NCBI RefSeq assembly: GCF_030144855.1
Contig: NC_082718.1
Span: 6,448,001-6,512,000 of the forward strand
Length of the DNA stretch: 64,000 nt
Source: Hypanus sabinus
Lineage: Eukaryota
Reading direction: 5' to 3'
Under the pieces are notes generated by a model. It saw nothing but the letters and a program-made list of their open reading frames with translations. It was not told where the DNA came from and ran no database searches. Below are positions 12,458 to 23,659 of the stretch, one piece after another; positions within the stretch are counted from its first letter, which is position 1; each line of letters starts with the position of its first letter. The translations under genes were made by a program, and so were the position numbers.

Positions 12458-13539
12458 CACCAACTTGGCTTGTTAGCTAACTCTGCTAAGAGGGGTGAGG
12501 CCACCTTTCATAAACAATATACGTCCAGAGTCAATATGGTTTGGGATTGAGCCAAACAGGAATGTTAGGATGTCCCAATTAAGGAACACTGGTTGTAGCA
12601 AAAGCTGTGTAATTACTGCGTAGCCCAGAAATGACAGATTGTACACTGGCATAAAATTAGAAAGAAAATACATTTAGCAAATTTACAACTTTAACAAACA
12701 GTTGCAGAAAAAGAAAAAACAAAATAAAAGGGCCCATTACAACTAAACCAGTCTGTTGGAGCTCATACTGGAATAGTCAGGGATGTATCACTTTATTCAT
12801 GCATTGGACCCTCAGTCTGCGTGAAAGCACCTGCCACATTCCAGACTTCCCTCGAAGACCATCTTGAAAGATCTGGCTCTCTCAGGAGAATTGGCCTTTC
12901 CTCCTTGGAGTCATTCGGCTGCACAAAGCGCTTCTTGCAAAGGGGACCCTCCGTCCAATGGCATTCCACGGCATCTTCCCCTGTGCCGCTCTACAAAACT
13001 CCCGCTAAAAGATCCCGAACGAAATTACTGCCCTTCAAAAAATTCTTCCTCACAGCTCTCTCTCACATCCCACAATCTGATTGGCTGACACAACATTCCT
13101 AAGTTGGACAACTGAAGCCAAAATACTCTTATCAGCAGATCACACTGCTTTTACAGAAAACCGCTAACATAGAATACTTCACAGCATAGCAGCAGAAATC
13201 TCAACCAGGGCATTACATTTGTTAACAGGCTTGTGTTCAAATCCCTCTCTGGCCTCTTTCTGTTCTGCCCACAGCTCCTGAGATCTTCTTCCTTTTCTCC
13301 TGATAATTTCTAATTTCCCTTAAATTCTAAGCTCAAATCTCTTCAGCATTCTCCTTTCTCCTCTTCAAAGCCTTCTTAAAATTACTTCCTTCATGGTTCA
13401 GCACCCAAGCACTGTATTATAATGCTACAGTGAACTTGTGAGACCCTTTACTATTGACATTGAACTTGTAAACTGTATTTTGTACAATTATCAGAACAGG
13501 TCTAGCAGCATGAAATGACTTCGGAGATAACAGAAAGCT

Positions 13540-13910
13540 CCCTGCCAGCACTGAAAACCCTCCCATCCATCCAACAACCTCTTTGACTCCCTACTGTCAG
13601 GCAGGAGGTACCATAGCATCAGGACAGGAACTGTAAGGATAGGAAACAGCTTCCTGACCCAGGCGTTAAGGCCACTGAACTCCCTGCCACCACCCAGGTC
13701 TCATCACATATGAAGAGCCAACAGCTTCTGTACTTTTTAACTTGATTCCGATATGCAACAAATTACTTATTAGTTTTTTTGTGGTAAAATTACCTTATCT
13801 GTTATGTGTGTGAGTTATATGTACTGTATTGTGCACCTTAGGCTGGAGGAACATTGTTCTGTTTGACAGTTTACAGCTGTAAGGTTGAATGACCATTCAC
13901 TCGAACTAAT
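13540..13910 (+). mobile_element. Rex1/Babar-type LINE 3' end
   Basis: HPSNNLFDSLLSGRRYHSIRTGT.R.GNSF.. coding remnant plus 3'UTR. Confidence 0.7.
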
Positions 13911-13917
13911 ATCTCAC

Positions 13918-14016
13918 CTCTTTCAGCGGGTGATAGGTCCGATAGTTAAAGCTGTAGGTGCCATTCTGTCTCAGCTCAGAAATTAATCCACCTATGCGCT
14001 CTTCATCCACCAGCGA
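13918..14016 (-). CDS. CPA-type gene exon 4 (99 nt): SLVDEERIGGLISELRQNGTYSFNYRTYHPLKE, spanning the propeptide/mature junction
   Basis: Acceptor ttatttttcag| and donor |gtgaga. FNY.TYH motif at the start of the mature enzyme. Confidence 0.94.
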
Positions 14017-14289
14017 CTGAAAAATAAAGTTGGAAACCATCAGGCTGGGGAAAGATCAATTTAATATGAATGCCACATCTGGGAAGTCCCTATTTACTTG
14101 ACAAATTGCTTGCCCAGTTGCTGGTGTCATAAATCATGGAACATTCTGCATCAGCTGCATTTTGGCATCCCAGCGGAGAGATCTTTGGACAAGGTTGAGG
14201 GTGGAATGATGTCCAGGCCACTGTAGTCTGATCACCCGAGTGGGTATGATGTTCTTCCAAGGGGCATGAAGAATGCCTGTGTGTGACTT

Positions 14290-14339
14290 TGTTTTCTTTC
14301 TTTATCAATCTTTTTATTAGTTAAATAAGAGTACATACA

Positions 14340-14371
<32 letters not shown>

Positions 14372-16160
14372 AAACAAGAGAATTATCTCAAATATCTATG
14401 TCAATAACAATTCAACTAAAAGAAAAATATACATTATCAAGATCATACATTGTATTAATCTAATAGTATATAATAAAGAAAAATATAATTGATCCTTCTT
14501 TTATCCATAAAAAAGAAAAAAAGATAAAGAAACTTTTATAATTGAGATGTACACAAAAAAAACCATACCAAAACACAAAAAAAGAAGAAAAAAAACAAAA
14601 AAAAAGGACTGGGCAGCTCAAACTGAGAGTGAAAGCAAGCAAAAAGGAAAAACTTTCTGATCAAATCCAAAACTTCGAAAGGGTAACTGGAAGGGCCATA
14701 AGTCGGAGCATATAAAAATATTGAATAAAAGGTCGCAAAGTTTCCTCAAATTTAGAGGATGTATCAAATGTCCGACTTCTTATTTTCTCTAAACATAATG
14801 GAGGTCAGCCAATGAATAACAGTAGGTGGATTAGAATCCTTCCAGTTAAGCAAAATAGCTCTCCAAGCCAATAAAGTGGTAAAAGCTATTGAGCGGAAAC
14901 CGGAATATCCCCGGCTTCCAATGGAATGATCCCAAAAATTGTTGTTAATAAATTTGGTTGTAGATCCAAATTCAATACTTTTGATAAAGTTTTAAAGACG
15001 TCTTTCCAAAGATTATCTAACTTGATACAAGACCAGAACATATGTGTTAAAGTAGCCACCTCAATATTACATCTGTCGCAAATAGGATTAATATTAGAAA
15101 AAATATGGGCTAATTTGTCCTTTGACATATGCACCCGATGCACTACCTTGAACTGTATCAAGAAATGACGGGCACAAATAGATGAAGTATTTACCAAATA
15201 AAATTTTTTATCCCATTGATTATCTGAACGTGACTTTCGAAACTCCAATTCCCAAGCAGCTTTAATTTTATCATTAGATAATATAAGCAAATTCAATAAC
15301 CATTTATAAATTATAGTTATCAGTCCTTTTTGAAATGGTTTAACCTGAAAAAGAGTATCTATTATATTGGGTAAATAAGCCGAGGGAAAATTAGGAAGTA
15401 AACTACGTAGAAAATTCCTAATTTTTAATTCTCTAAAAAAGTGTAGATTAGATAGGTCATATTTATCTACTAACTGAGTTAAAGACATTAGACAATTTCC
15501 CATGAACAAATCTAAAGAAGTTACTATACCTGTGGTTTTCCAAATTGAAAAGGTATGATCAAAAATTGATGGTTTAAAAAAATAATTAAGATGGATTTTA
15601 CTAGAAAGAACAAAATTATTAAAGTCAAAGGATCTATGAAACTGAAACCATATTCTTAATGTATGATTAATAATAGGGTTAAGGTCTTGACTACCAATCT
15701 TAGAAAGCAAAAAGGAAGAGGAGTTCCCAGTAAAGAGGTCAACGAATACCCCTCCACTGAGTTTTCCCCCAAATCCACCCATAAGAGACAGTTTTTTATA
15801 TATATATATATATATATCTGAAAAATGAATCCAAAAAGAGACATAATGAATATTGATTGCCCAGTAGTACACTCTAAAATCTGGCAAAGCCATTTAATTT
15901 CTGCAATAATGATTTACTCAATCTAGGATTTTTATTATTCCAAATAAAAGATAAAATTTTAGAGCCTATTCTATCAAAAAACAGCTTAGGAGCAAAAGAA
16001 GGAATTGCTTGGAATACATATAAAAACTTCAGTAACACTATCATTTTAATAGCATTAATACAGCCAATTAATGATAATGTCATAAGAGACCATTTAGATA
16101 TTGCTTGTTGCATGTACTCAACTAATGGAAGAAAGTTATATTTATACAGGCCGTTAAAAA
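14290..16160 (-). mobile_element. 5'-truncated L1/Tx1-clade LINE (ORF2 C-terminal part)
   Basis: ORFs 15874..16113 and 14886..15893 read KWS..LSLIG.INAIKM, LPDFRVYYWA, QFKVVHRVH and CDRC...ATLTHMFWSC. A-rich tail near 14300. Confidence 0.9.
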
Positions 16161-17047
16161 TCGCTCATTGTCTAGAACTTCCCTCTTGACCTTATCACCA
16201 TGGGTGATCCTACCAGGAGGTAAAGTCCAGACAGCATCGCTCTCAGGATCTCAAAACCTCACAAGCCGCTCCACCACCATCCTCTGAGAAGAACTAGAGC
16301 ACCGAGGACCAGGAGGTTAATGATCTTCCTCCAACTGGAAACAGTTTCTTCCTGATCTCACTGGTGGGAGAGTCTTGAGGAAGGAGTCATAACAAGATGA
16401 GAGGTTGCCTATTATTTTAATTTCTTCTCACAGAAGAGAGTGGAACTCTGGAATTCTCTGCCCTGACAGCTAGTGGAAGCTGGATCGTTAGATATATTTA
16501 AAGTGGAGATGGATAAGTATTTGATGGATCAAGGAATGGAGGGGTAAGGAGAAACAGCACAAAAGCAGATCTGAAACCAGCCCAGACCAGCTATGATCAT
16601 CACCAATGGCAACGCAGGCTTGAACGGCCTGATGGCCTACTCCTGTTTCTGTCGTTGTGTCCTTGTATGCATCCTTTAAAAATCTTATCCCTAATTTAGA
16701 GAGCCATTATTAAATATTCCTTAAACCTCCACGTTCTAAGGAAATTGATCCTAACTTTAGCACACAAAACTTGCTTGCAGGGCTTTGAATTAGGTCTCAC
16801 CAGAGGTAAACAGTTATACATTGACCTCAGTGAAAACAGATATAATAAATTAAAGCTGTTGTTACGTGTTGCATTGTTCTGTCTGTTGACCAAGTAGCCT
16901 AGGCACGTAGTACTGAACTTTACAGGTTCATTCAATACAGAATTTTTGTTACTGTTGTAAGATTAGTACCTGTTAAAGAACTCTACATAACAGTTCACTT
17001 TCTGCACTCAATTTCTGACAGCTAGCACAGATCTATTTCCAGATTAC

Positions 17048-17182
17048 CTGCAAATTCTTGATCATGACAGAATATGCAATATCATTAGACCTCAGAAAGG
17101 TTTTGATTGTGTTAACATGCTTTGCAGGAATCCGCAGGTCAATGGGGAGGGAGATCCTCACGGGCTCTTTCCAGAAATCAAG
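17048..17182 (-). CDS. CPA-type gene exon 3 (135 nt): LDFWKEPVRISLPIDLRIPAKHVNTIKTFLRSNDIAYSVMIKNLQ (activation peptide)
   Basis: Acceptor ctttacag| and donor |gtaatc. LDFW...YSVMI.NLQ is the M14 propeptide signature. Confidence 0.95.
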
Positions 17183-18327
17183 CTGTAAAGAGGGTGGAAA
17201 GGGAGGTTTAGTGTTGTTAATCATATACAACTTAGCAGAAAGATGCTTGACAAGGCACTTTTCACAGTTAGTCATAAAGCATAGATCTTGCACCACCATG
17301 TCCATGCTGATAATCCCATTTCCTTTCCTCTCACCTTCACAAAAACTCCCCCTCAGGTGGTTATAGATTTAGGTCTCACTTCAGTCTCGAACACATAACA
17401 TTCAAAATATTCTGTAGAAATGTGAATATTCTGGAAATTTATCAGCTAAACCCAGGAACTGTGAGTACATTCAATGGAGAGGAATGGCAGGGAGGGAGAA
17501 GGGTAACTAAAAGGCCATTTACAATTTTAAAGTTAATTGAATACATGCATTTAATAAATTTAAAAAATGAAATACTGAAAATATGTACATAATTATATAT
17601 TTCCAGTATTTTATTTGTCTTTTAATTTTTAAGAGTATTTAATCTTCCACAGATTTTGAATATTCAAGATCTTTGACAAAAAATTCAACATCAGCTCTTT
17701 GACAGCTGATTCAATTGGAGGCCTGGGTCCTTTCAGTGGGGACTATTATTATTATGTTTATTATTGTTATTTATTTCTTTTTGTATTTGCACACCAGCAG
17801 AATGTCCAAGTTGGTACAGTCTTTCATTGATTCTGTTGTGGTTATTATTCTATGGATTTATTGAGTATGCCCACAAGAAAATGAATCTCAGGATTGTATA
17901 TGATGATAAATATGTACTTTTTAGCGCTGCGTGTAGCACACCGCTACACTTTGATAATAAATTTACTTTGAAATTTGAACTTTATTGTGTGCAAATTGGT
18001 CATCTTATTTCCTACAGCAGTCAGAAAACTTTGGAATTGCATTATTGTCCATAATTGGGATTTTTTTTGTTATGACAAAGCAAGTCTCTTCCACATATTC
18101 CCTTACCCCAGAGCACATGTTCTTCTATGTCATATTTTTTATTCGATTCCTACATTGCCCTGTCCTGGATCATAGAAAACAGCATTTGTGCATTGCTTTC
18201 AATAAAAATATAATATAAAAGGAGACATCCATTCAGTATGAGTTGTTGGAACAAAGAAGACTGGGCAAAACAAAGACCTAAAGACACAAGGATCACTCCT
18301 ACAGCTGTGGATTGCGCTTACAGATTG

Positions 18328-18615
18328 GCATGGTAGCGTAGCCAACAGCATAACATCATTACAGTGCCAGTGGTTTGGATCTAACTCTGTTGGTGGCCGT
18401 AAGAAGTTTGTATGTTCTCCCCGTGACCATGTGGGTTTCCATTGGGTGCTGAGGTTTTCTCCCAGAATCGAAAGACATATGGGTTAGGGTTTGTACTTTG
18501 TGAGCATGCTCTGTTGGCCCTAGAAGCCTAGCGACATTTGCGGGCTGCCCGCTGCACCATCCTCGACTGTGTTGGTTGTTGACACATTTCACTGCATGAT
18601 TTGACACATATGGCA
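18328..18615 (+). mobile_element. tRNA-derived V-SINE-like element; related copies at about 10920-11095(-), 32640-32870(-), 32908-33070(+) and 57490-57780(-)
   Basis: A-box-like start ggcatggtagcgtag followed by the central domain gtttgtatgttctccccgtgaccatgtgggtttcc. Confidence 0.7.
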
Positions 18616-18669
18616 AACTTTAAAAGTCACAACTGTTGACACAAAAACCACACTAGAAGGATCAATTAC

Positions 18670-18751
18670 CTTCAGATGCTCCAACTGCTCGAGGGACTTC
18701 ACCAGATTAAACTGTTTCGGACTGTTGACACTGATCCGGAGCACCTGGTCA
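18670..18751 (-). CDS. CPA-type gene exon 2 (82 nt): (G)DQVLRISVNSPKQFNLVKSLEQLEHLK
   Basis: Acceptor cctctcag| and donor |gtaatt. GDQVLR propeptide start. Same length as exon 2 of the paralogue at 63446-63527. Confidence 0.95.
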
Positions 18752-19105
18752 CTGAGAGGCATGATTTTGGTTAAGGAAGATTGGATAATACCAAAAAGAG
18801 TGAGAAAATTCTGTAAGCCCATCAAACCTGCTCAATTTATAAAACGGAGGTGTCGTCCCTTAGCTTTACTGTTTCTGTGGATGTGTAAATCACCTGAGCT
18901 GAAAGAAAGGTAACTTTAAAATGACCCCTGGAAACATTATTCCAGGACTGGATGGCCACTGATTGGAACAGGCTCCACAAAACAGAGTAGGTAGCAATTG
19001 TGGAAGCAATTTGTACTTATTCTGCAATATACAGTAGGTGGATTCCTGTCAGTGAACACAACAGTGGTTCAAGATGGGCCACTATTACCCTCTCAGGGCA
19101 GCTAA

Positions 19106-19996
19106 GGCTACATCCACACTGGACCAGATAATTTTCAAAATGCCAGTTTTGTGTAAAAATGATAGGCCTCCACACTAGGCGTTTTTAAAAATATCTCTAT
19201 CCACATTGAAACAGAGATTTCATCGAATCTCCTCCTACTGCGCATGCGCAGCACACATCTACCAAAAACAAGTGACGTGTTTAGTGTTGAATCTCGCTGT
19301 GAAAGACTGTGTTTGTTCAGTTACAGACTAGAAAAACTTAAACGACGGGCAGCTGTTGGCTCTCACGCAGGAAGATTTAAAAGTAAAAAAAAAAATACTG
19401 AAGCGTATGGAGGCAACCGATGGGGAGTTCACGGACTGGACGTCCCGGCTGATGACGAATATTAAAAAACTGAATAACACTGTTGCATTAATAAAGCACC
19501 TTGTTAAATGTATAAAACATGTCTGCATCAGTGTTATCTTGTATTTCTATACAATGTTACATTAGGCTGTTACACATCTATTGTCAGAGAAGTACTTGCA
19601 TAAATAGGTAAACCACCTTCATACGAGCAAGGACAGAAAACAGGGCAAAGTGAGTATACCTATATATTCAGTAAGTTATGGGTCAAAGTATTTGGTGAGT
19701 ACATTTCTAACTCTTCTGGCTTCAGTCTCGTTGCTGTCTGTTCTGAAATTGTTAGGTTGCGATCAAGAAAACAATGAAATAGTGCGCTGCCGTCTGACAG
19801 CGTTTTCAAAAGTCTCCGGTTACTCCGTCCACATTGATCTGCCGGAGCAGTGTTTACAAAAATACCCACCCTGGAAAGCGTTTCTGAAAAGCTCCGGTTT
19901 CAGGGGACAGAAACGCCATTTTAATGTGGACGGAGGGTAAAAACGAAGAGAAAAAGCTTCAGTTATGGATTTATCCGGCGTAGTGTGGATATAGCC
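19106..19996. mobile_element. Non-autonomous PIF/Harbinger DNA transposon (891 bp)
   Basis: TIRs GGCTACATCCACACT and (reverse complement) GGCTATATCCACACT, extending imperfectly to about 26 bp. 3-bp TSD TAA at 19103-19105 and 19997-19999. Confidence 0.9.
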
Positions 19997-20769
19997 TAAG
20001 AATCAAGCAATCAATGCTAATTCATTGGCGTTCTCTGATGCCTGAAGCCACTGAGGAGGAACTGCAGTTCACAATGCCTTGTAATCACTCCTAATTGGCA
20101 CCTTATCCTCAGTAACTAAAAGTATCTCTTAGCAACAAATAAAGTTGACATTAACCAAATGCTGCTTCAGTCCCTGGGGGAGAAAGAATTGTTAGGTCTC
20201 CATAACAAATGATATAATTGGGCTCAAGGTGACAATTATTGTCTTTCTTGGAGAAAATAAGTGAACAATCTAACAAGCACTGTAGTCCTTGACAAATCCA
20301 GGAACATTGCTTTCAACATCAAATTGTTTTACTTGGATTGCCAATCCCCCTGGACTGATTTCGAGTATTAAAGACTGTTTTGCTGGAAAAAAAATGCAGC
20401 ATAATGAAAGAGCAGCATTTCGAAAATCTGATTAGAATTGGAAAATCCATCTCTCTGAGAAAGGGCATGTTCGGTGATCGTTGCCAGTAGGGTTGGTGAA
20501 GGCACAAAGTTATACAAGCTTCAATCAGAGATCCATACCTTAGAAATGATAAAAAGGAATGTAGACACCAAGGACCTACTACATCATCTGCTGAGCTTTC
20601 CAGTGTGGAGTATTCCAACCATTCAGTGTCCTCGCGTGAACAATCTCTTACTGCAGTTTTCAATGCCCAGTCCTTACTTTGAGACTGTGACACCAGGTTC
20701 CAGACACTCACAGAGAACATCATTCCTGCATCTACCCTCTCAGGCCTTCTACAGATTTTGTAGTTTCAA

Positions 20770-21110
20770 TGAGATCAGTGGCCATCCTCCTGAATTATTT
20801 GGCGTACAAGGACACCCTCATCTTTGAAACATCAACACTTCCAAATTTTCATCATTTAAAAAGTACTCTGCCTTTCTATTTCTTCTATGAAAGTGGCTTA
20901 TTTCTCATTCATCCACATTATATTCCAGTTACCATTTCCTCATCCATTTCTCTTAAAGCTTCTCTGCATCCTTCCCGCAGTCTGCAGTCCACCCAGTTTA
21001 AAATAATTGCCATACATAGACACATTACACTTGGCTGTCTTTTCCAAATCATTGATGTAGACTCTAAACATCTGGGCCCTGTGGCATCCATAGTCTCCCC
21101 ATCTGAAAAT
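20770..21110 (-). mobile_element. Decayed CR1 RT fragment; further fragment at about 21900-22310(-)
   Basis: Remnants YINDLE....CNVS and VNVAYLDFK...D..PH..LL in ORFs 20940..21257 and 21714..22094. Confidence 0.7.
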
Positions 21111-21292
21111 TACTAGCTTATTCTCAAGAAGGCAACATCTTTTACCACAGTTTCCCATCACTGGGGCTGGTACCACCTTTTCATGACTCCCATCACAGAA
21201 GATACTGAAGCCTGAAGTCCCATATGCACCAGATTCAAGAAAGGCTACTTCAAACATTCAGTTCTTGAAACAACTGGCAAAATCCTAAGCAA

Positions 21293-21608
21293 ACTCAAGG
21301 AAATCTGCAGATGCTGGAAATTCAAGCAACACACACAAAATGCTGGTGGAATGCAGCAGGCCAGGCAGCGGCTATAGGAAGAAGTACAGTCAACGTTTCG
21401 GGCCAAGACTCTTCGGCAGGGCTAACTGAAAGAAGAGATAATAAGACATTTGAAAGTGGGAGGGGGAGGGATGAAGCTAACAGCTGGAAAGTTGATTGGC
21501 AAAAGGGATATACAGCTGGAGAGGGAAAGAAAGAAAGGGGGAGGGGAGCACCAGAGGGAGATGGATAACAGGCAAGAAGTATTTGTAAGAGGGACAGAAA
21601 GAGAAAAA
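21293..21608 (-). mobile_element. Penelope-like terminal fragment with a degenerate hammerhead motif and an 8-bp TSD
   Basis: Same terminus as 43200-43514 in reverse orientation. TSD ctaagcaa at 21285-21292 and 21609-21616. Confidence 0.8.
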
Positions 21609-22434
21609 CTAAGCAATACAGTTTAGCAACACTATGATTGCTTTGAATATTTTGTGATAAAATGGACTTGTTTTTGGTCTAGTTGTGCATTCTTGTAAAA
21701 ATCAAAATTGTGTCTAGATTATGTTGATGATTTTCTTGAGAATGCTGCATATCTGATGTTGTGTGCCCATGGCGATGCCATGTGCCTGTCGAGATATTGT
21801 GTGCCCGTGGTGATGCTGTGTGTCCATGGTGATGCCGTGTGTCCGTAGTGATGCTGCTGTAAGTTTTTCACTGCACATGTTCATGGACTTTGACTTGATT
21901 CCCCACTCTTTATTGTCCTTTAACTGACCTTCACTTCTTTCTATTATATTACAACCAATCCCATGTACTCTAACAATGTTTAATAACCCATTGTGTGGCA
22001 TCATATCAACAACTTCTTTAAAGTCCAAATATGCCACATTAACTTGGTTTCCCATTTCTATTCTGATAGTTACGACTGTCATTTTATTTATCAAGTATGA
22101 TCTCCCCTGCGTAAATCCAAGCTGACTTTACGCAAACCTGTTATTGTCTTCAAAGTGTCTTGCTACCCCTGCTTTCCTAATGGATCCTAACACTTTTGTT
22201 CTTATCAATGTCAGACTAATTAATCTTCGTATTTCTGTGGGTTCTCTCTTCTTTCTTTCTTAAATGATACGTGTATATTTGCCATCTTCCAATCTTTGAC
22301 AACCATTCTGAAATCTATAGAATTTTGAAAAAAAAAGGCCTGTCAAAGTCATGCCTGATTCCATGTGTTGAAGGGTCCTGGGCTCTGTTTCTACACAAAA
22401 AATGGAATCAAATATCATTAAATCTTTTAGTATC

Positions 22435-23280
22435 TCTCAAAGTCAAAGTCAGGTTTATTGTCAAGGATGCTCAGGTGCAGTGAAAAACATGCAGCAACAT
22501 CACAGTCACAGAGCGTCATATAAGCAGCATTCACAAGGAAAAGCATAAATTAACTTATACATGATTTTTACCAGAAAGAACACAATTATAACTAAAAAAG
22601 ACAAAATCCATTTCAGAGATAAGTGGTCATCATGTTGCTAAACTACAGTGATTAGGGTTTTGCCGGACGGTTCAAGAACCGAATGTTTGAAGGGAAGTAC
22701 CTGGTGGTTTGGGACTTCAGGCTGAGAAATTATGGCAGAGGCTAGATGGTAGACGTTTTTGATTATAGATGATCCCTTCTTGAGGCATTGCCTCTTGTAG
22801 GTATTACTGATGATGGGGCAGGATGTGCCCGTGATGTTTTGGGCAGAATCCTAATGTTCTGCTGTTTCTAATGTTCTTATGCATTCAGATTGCCAAACAG
22901 TCCATGATACAACCAATTAGGATACTTTAAACCGCTTCTCTGCAGAGGTTTGTTGGATTGTTCAATGACCATATGTCCTTAATCTCCTGAGAAAGACTTT
23001 CCTTGTGATTCTATCTATGTACTGGGCCCAGGACAGGCCAGGGGTTGAAAGCTGCAGACTCTCTCCACCATCAACCCCCCCAGTATAGACTGGTGTGCAT
23101 CCACCTTCCCTCCCCTTCCTGAAGTCAGCATTGAGAGAGAGGTTGTTCTGCCACACCACTTAACCAGCCGTCCCATCTCAATCTGGCAAATTGACTCATC
23201 GCCATAGATGATTTGTTCAACAACAGTGGTGTCATTGGCAAATCTGAAGATGTCACGGAGCTGTACTTAGTCATGTGTGT
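22435..23280 (-). mobile_element. Rex1/Babar-type LINE 3' fragment; related copies at about 36870-37150(+), 54140-54460(+), 55350-56700(+) and 62770-63380(-)
   Basis: RT C-terminal remnants (FADDT.VVG, W...NNLSLN..., DFRK, LSW.QH). Confidence 0.75.
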
Positions 23281-23591
23281 GTAAAGCAGAACAAAGCATG
23301 AGTTACACTGTCTATTTTTTATTTCATTTTATTTAACTCAGGCTCTCACCAAACATAAACTCTCAAAGACTACTATCTTCTTGCTTTATTAACTGTAATG
23401 TCATACTTAATGCCTTAATATAAATGGATTTCATAAGTGAGCCCTGATTAATCAATGTATTTCTGAAGAGGAAAGGTCTGGGAAGTAATTCCTGTAAGCA
23501 GGCTTGACAAGAAAAAGCATGGGGTACTGTGAGTGACTTGGCCACCAACAATTAGCTCTGGAAAACTCCATGATTGAAGGAAGTTACTCAC

Positions 23592-23659
23592 CCAATGTAA
23601 GTTACCTGCCTGCGCGCAGCCACAAGAACAATATTGAGGAAGAGCCAGGGAGCCTTCAT
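23592..23659 (-). CDS. CPA-type gene first coding exon (68 nt): MKAPWLFLNIVLVAARRQVTYIG (signal-peptide-like)
   Basis: acaATG start, hydrophobic stretch, and a GG|gtgagt end in phase 2, which fits the 82-nt exon 2. Parallels ...KETFVG|gtgagt of the plus-strand paralogue. Confidence 0.85.

Noticed and set aside
12608-13217. Possible solo LTR (TGTAAT...ATTACA)
   Set aside because: The termini are inverted but I found no matching TSD and the left boundary is ambiguous.
14886-15893. 335-aa ORF as a host gene
   Set aside because: It is the C-terminal part of L1 ORF2, frameshifted upstream and containing a (TA)n expansion.
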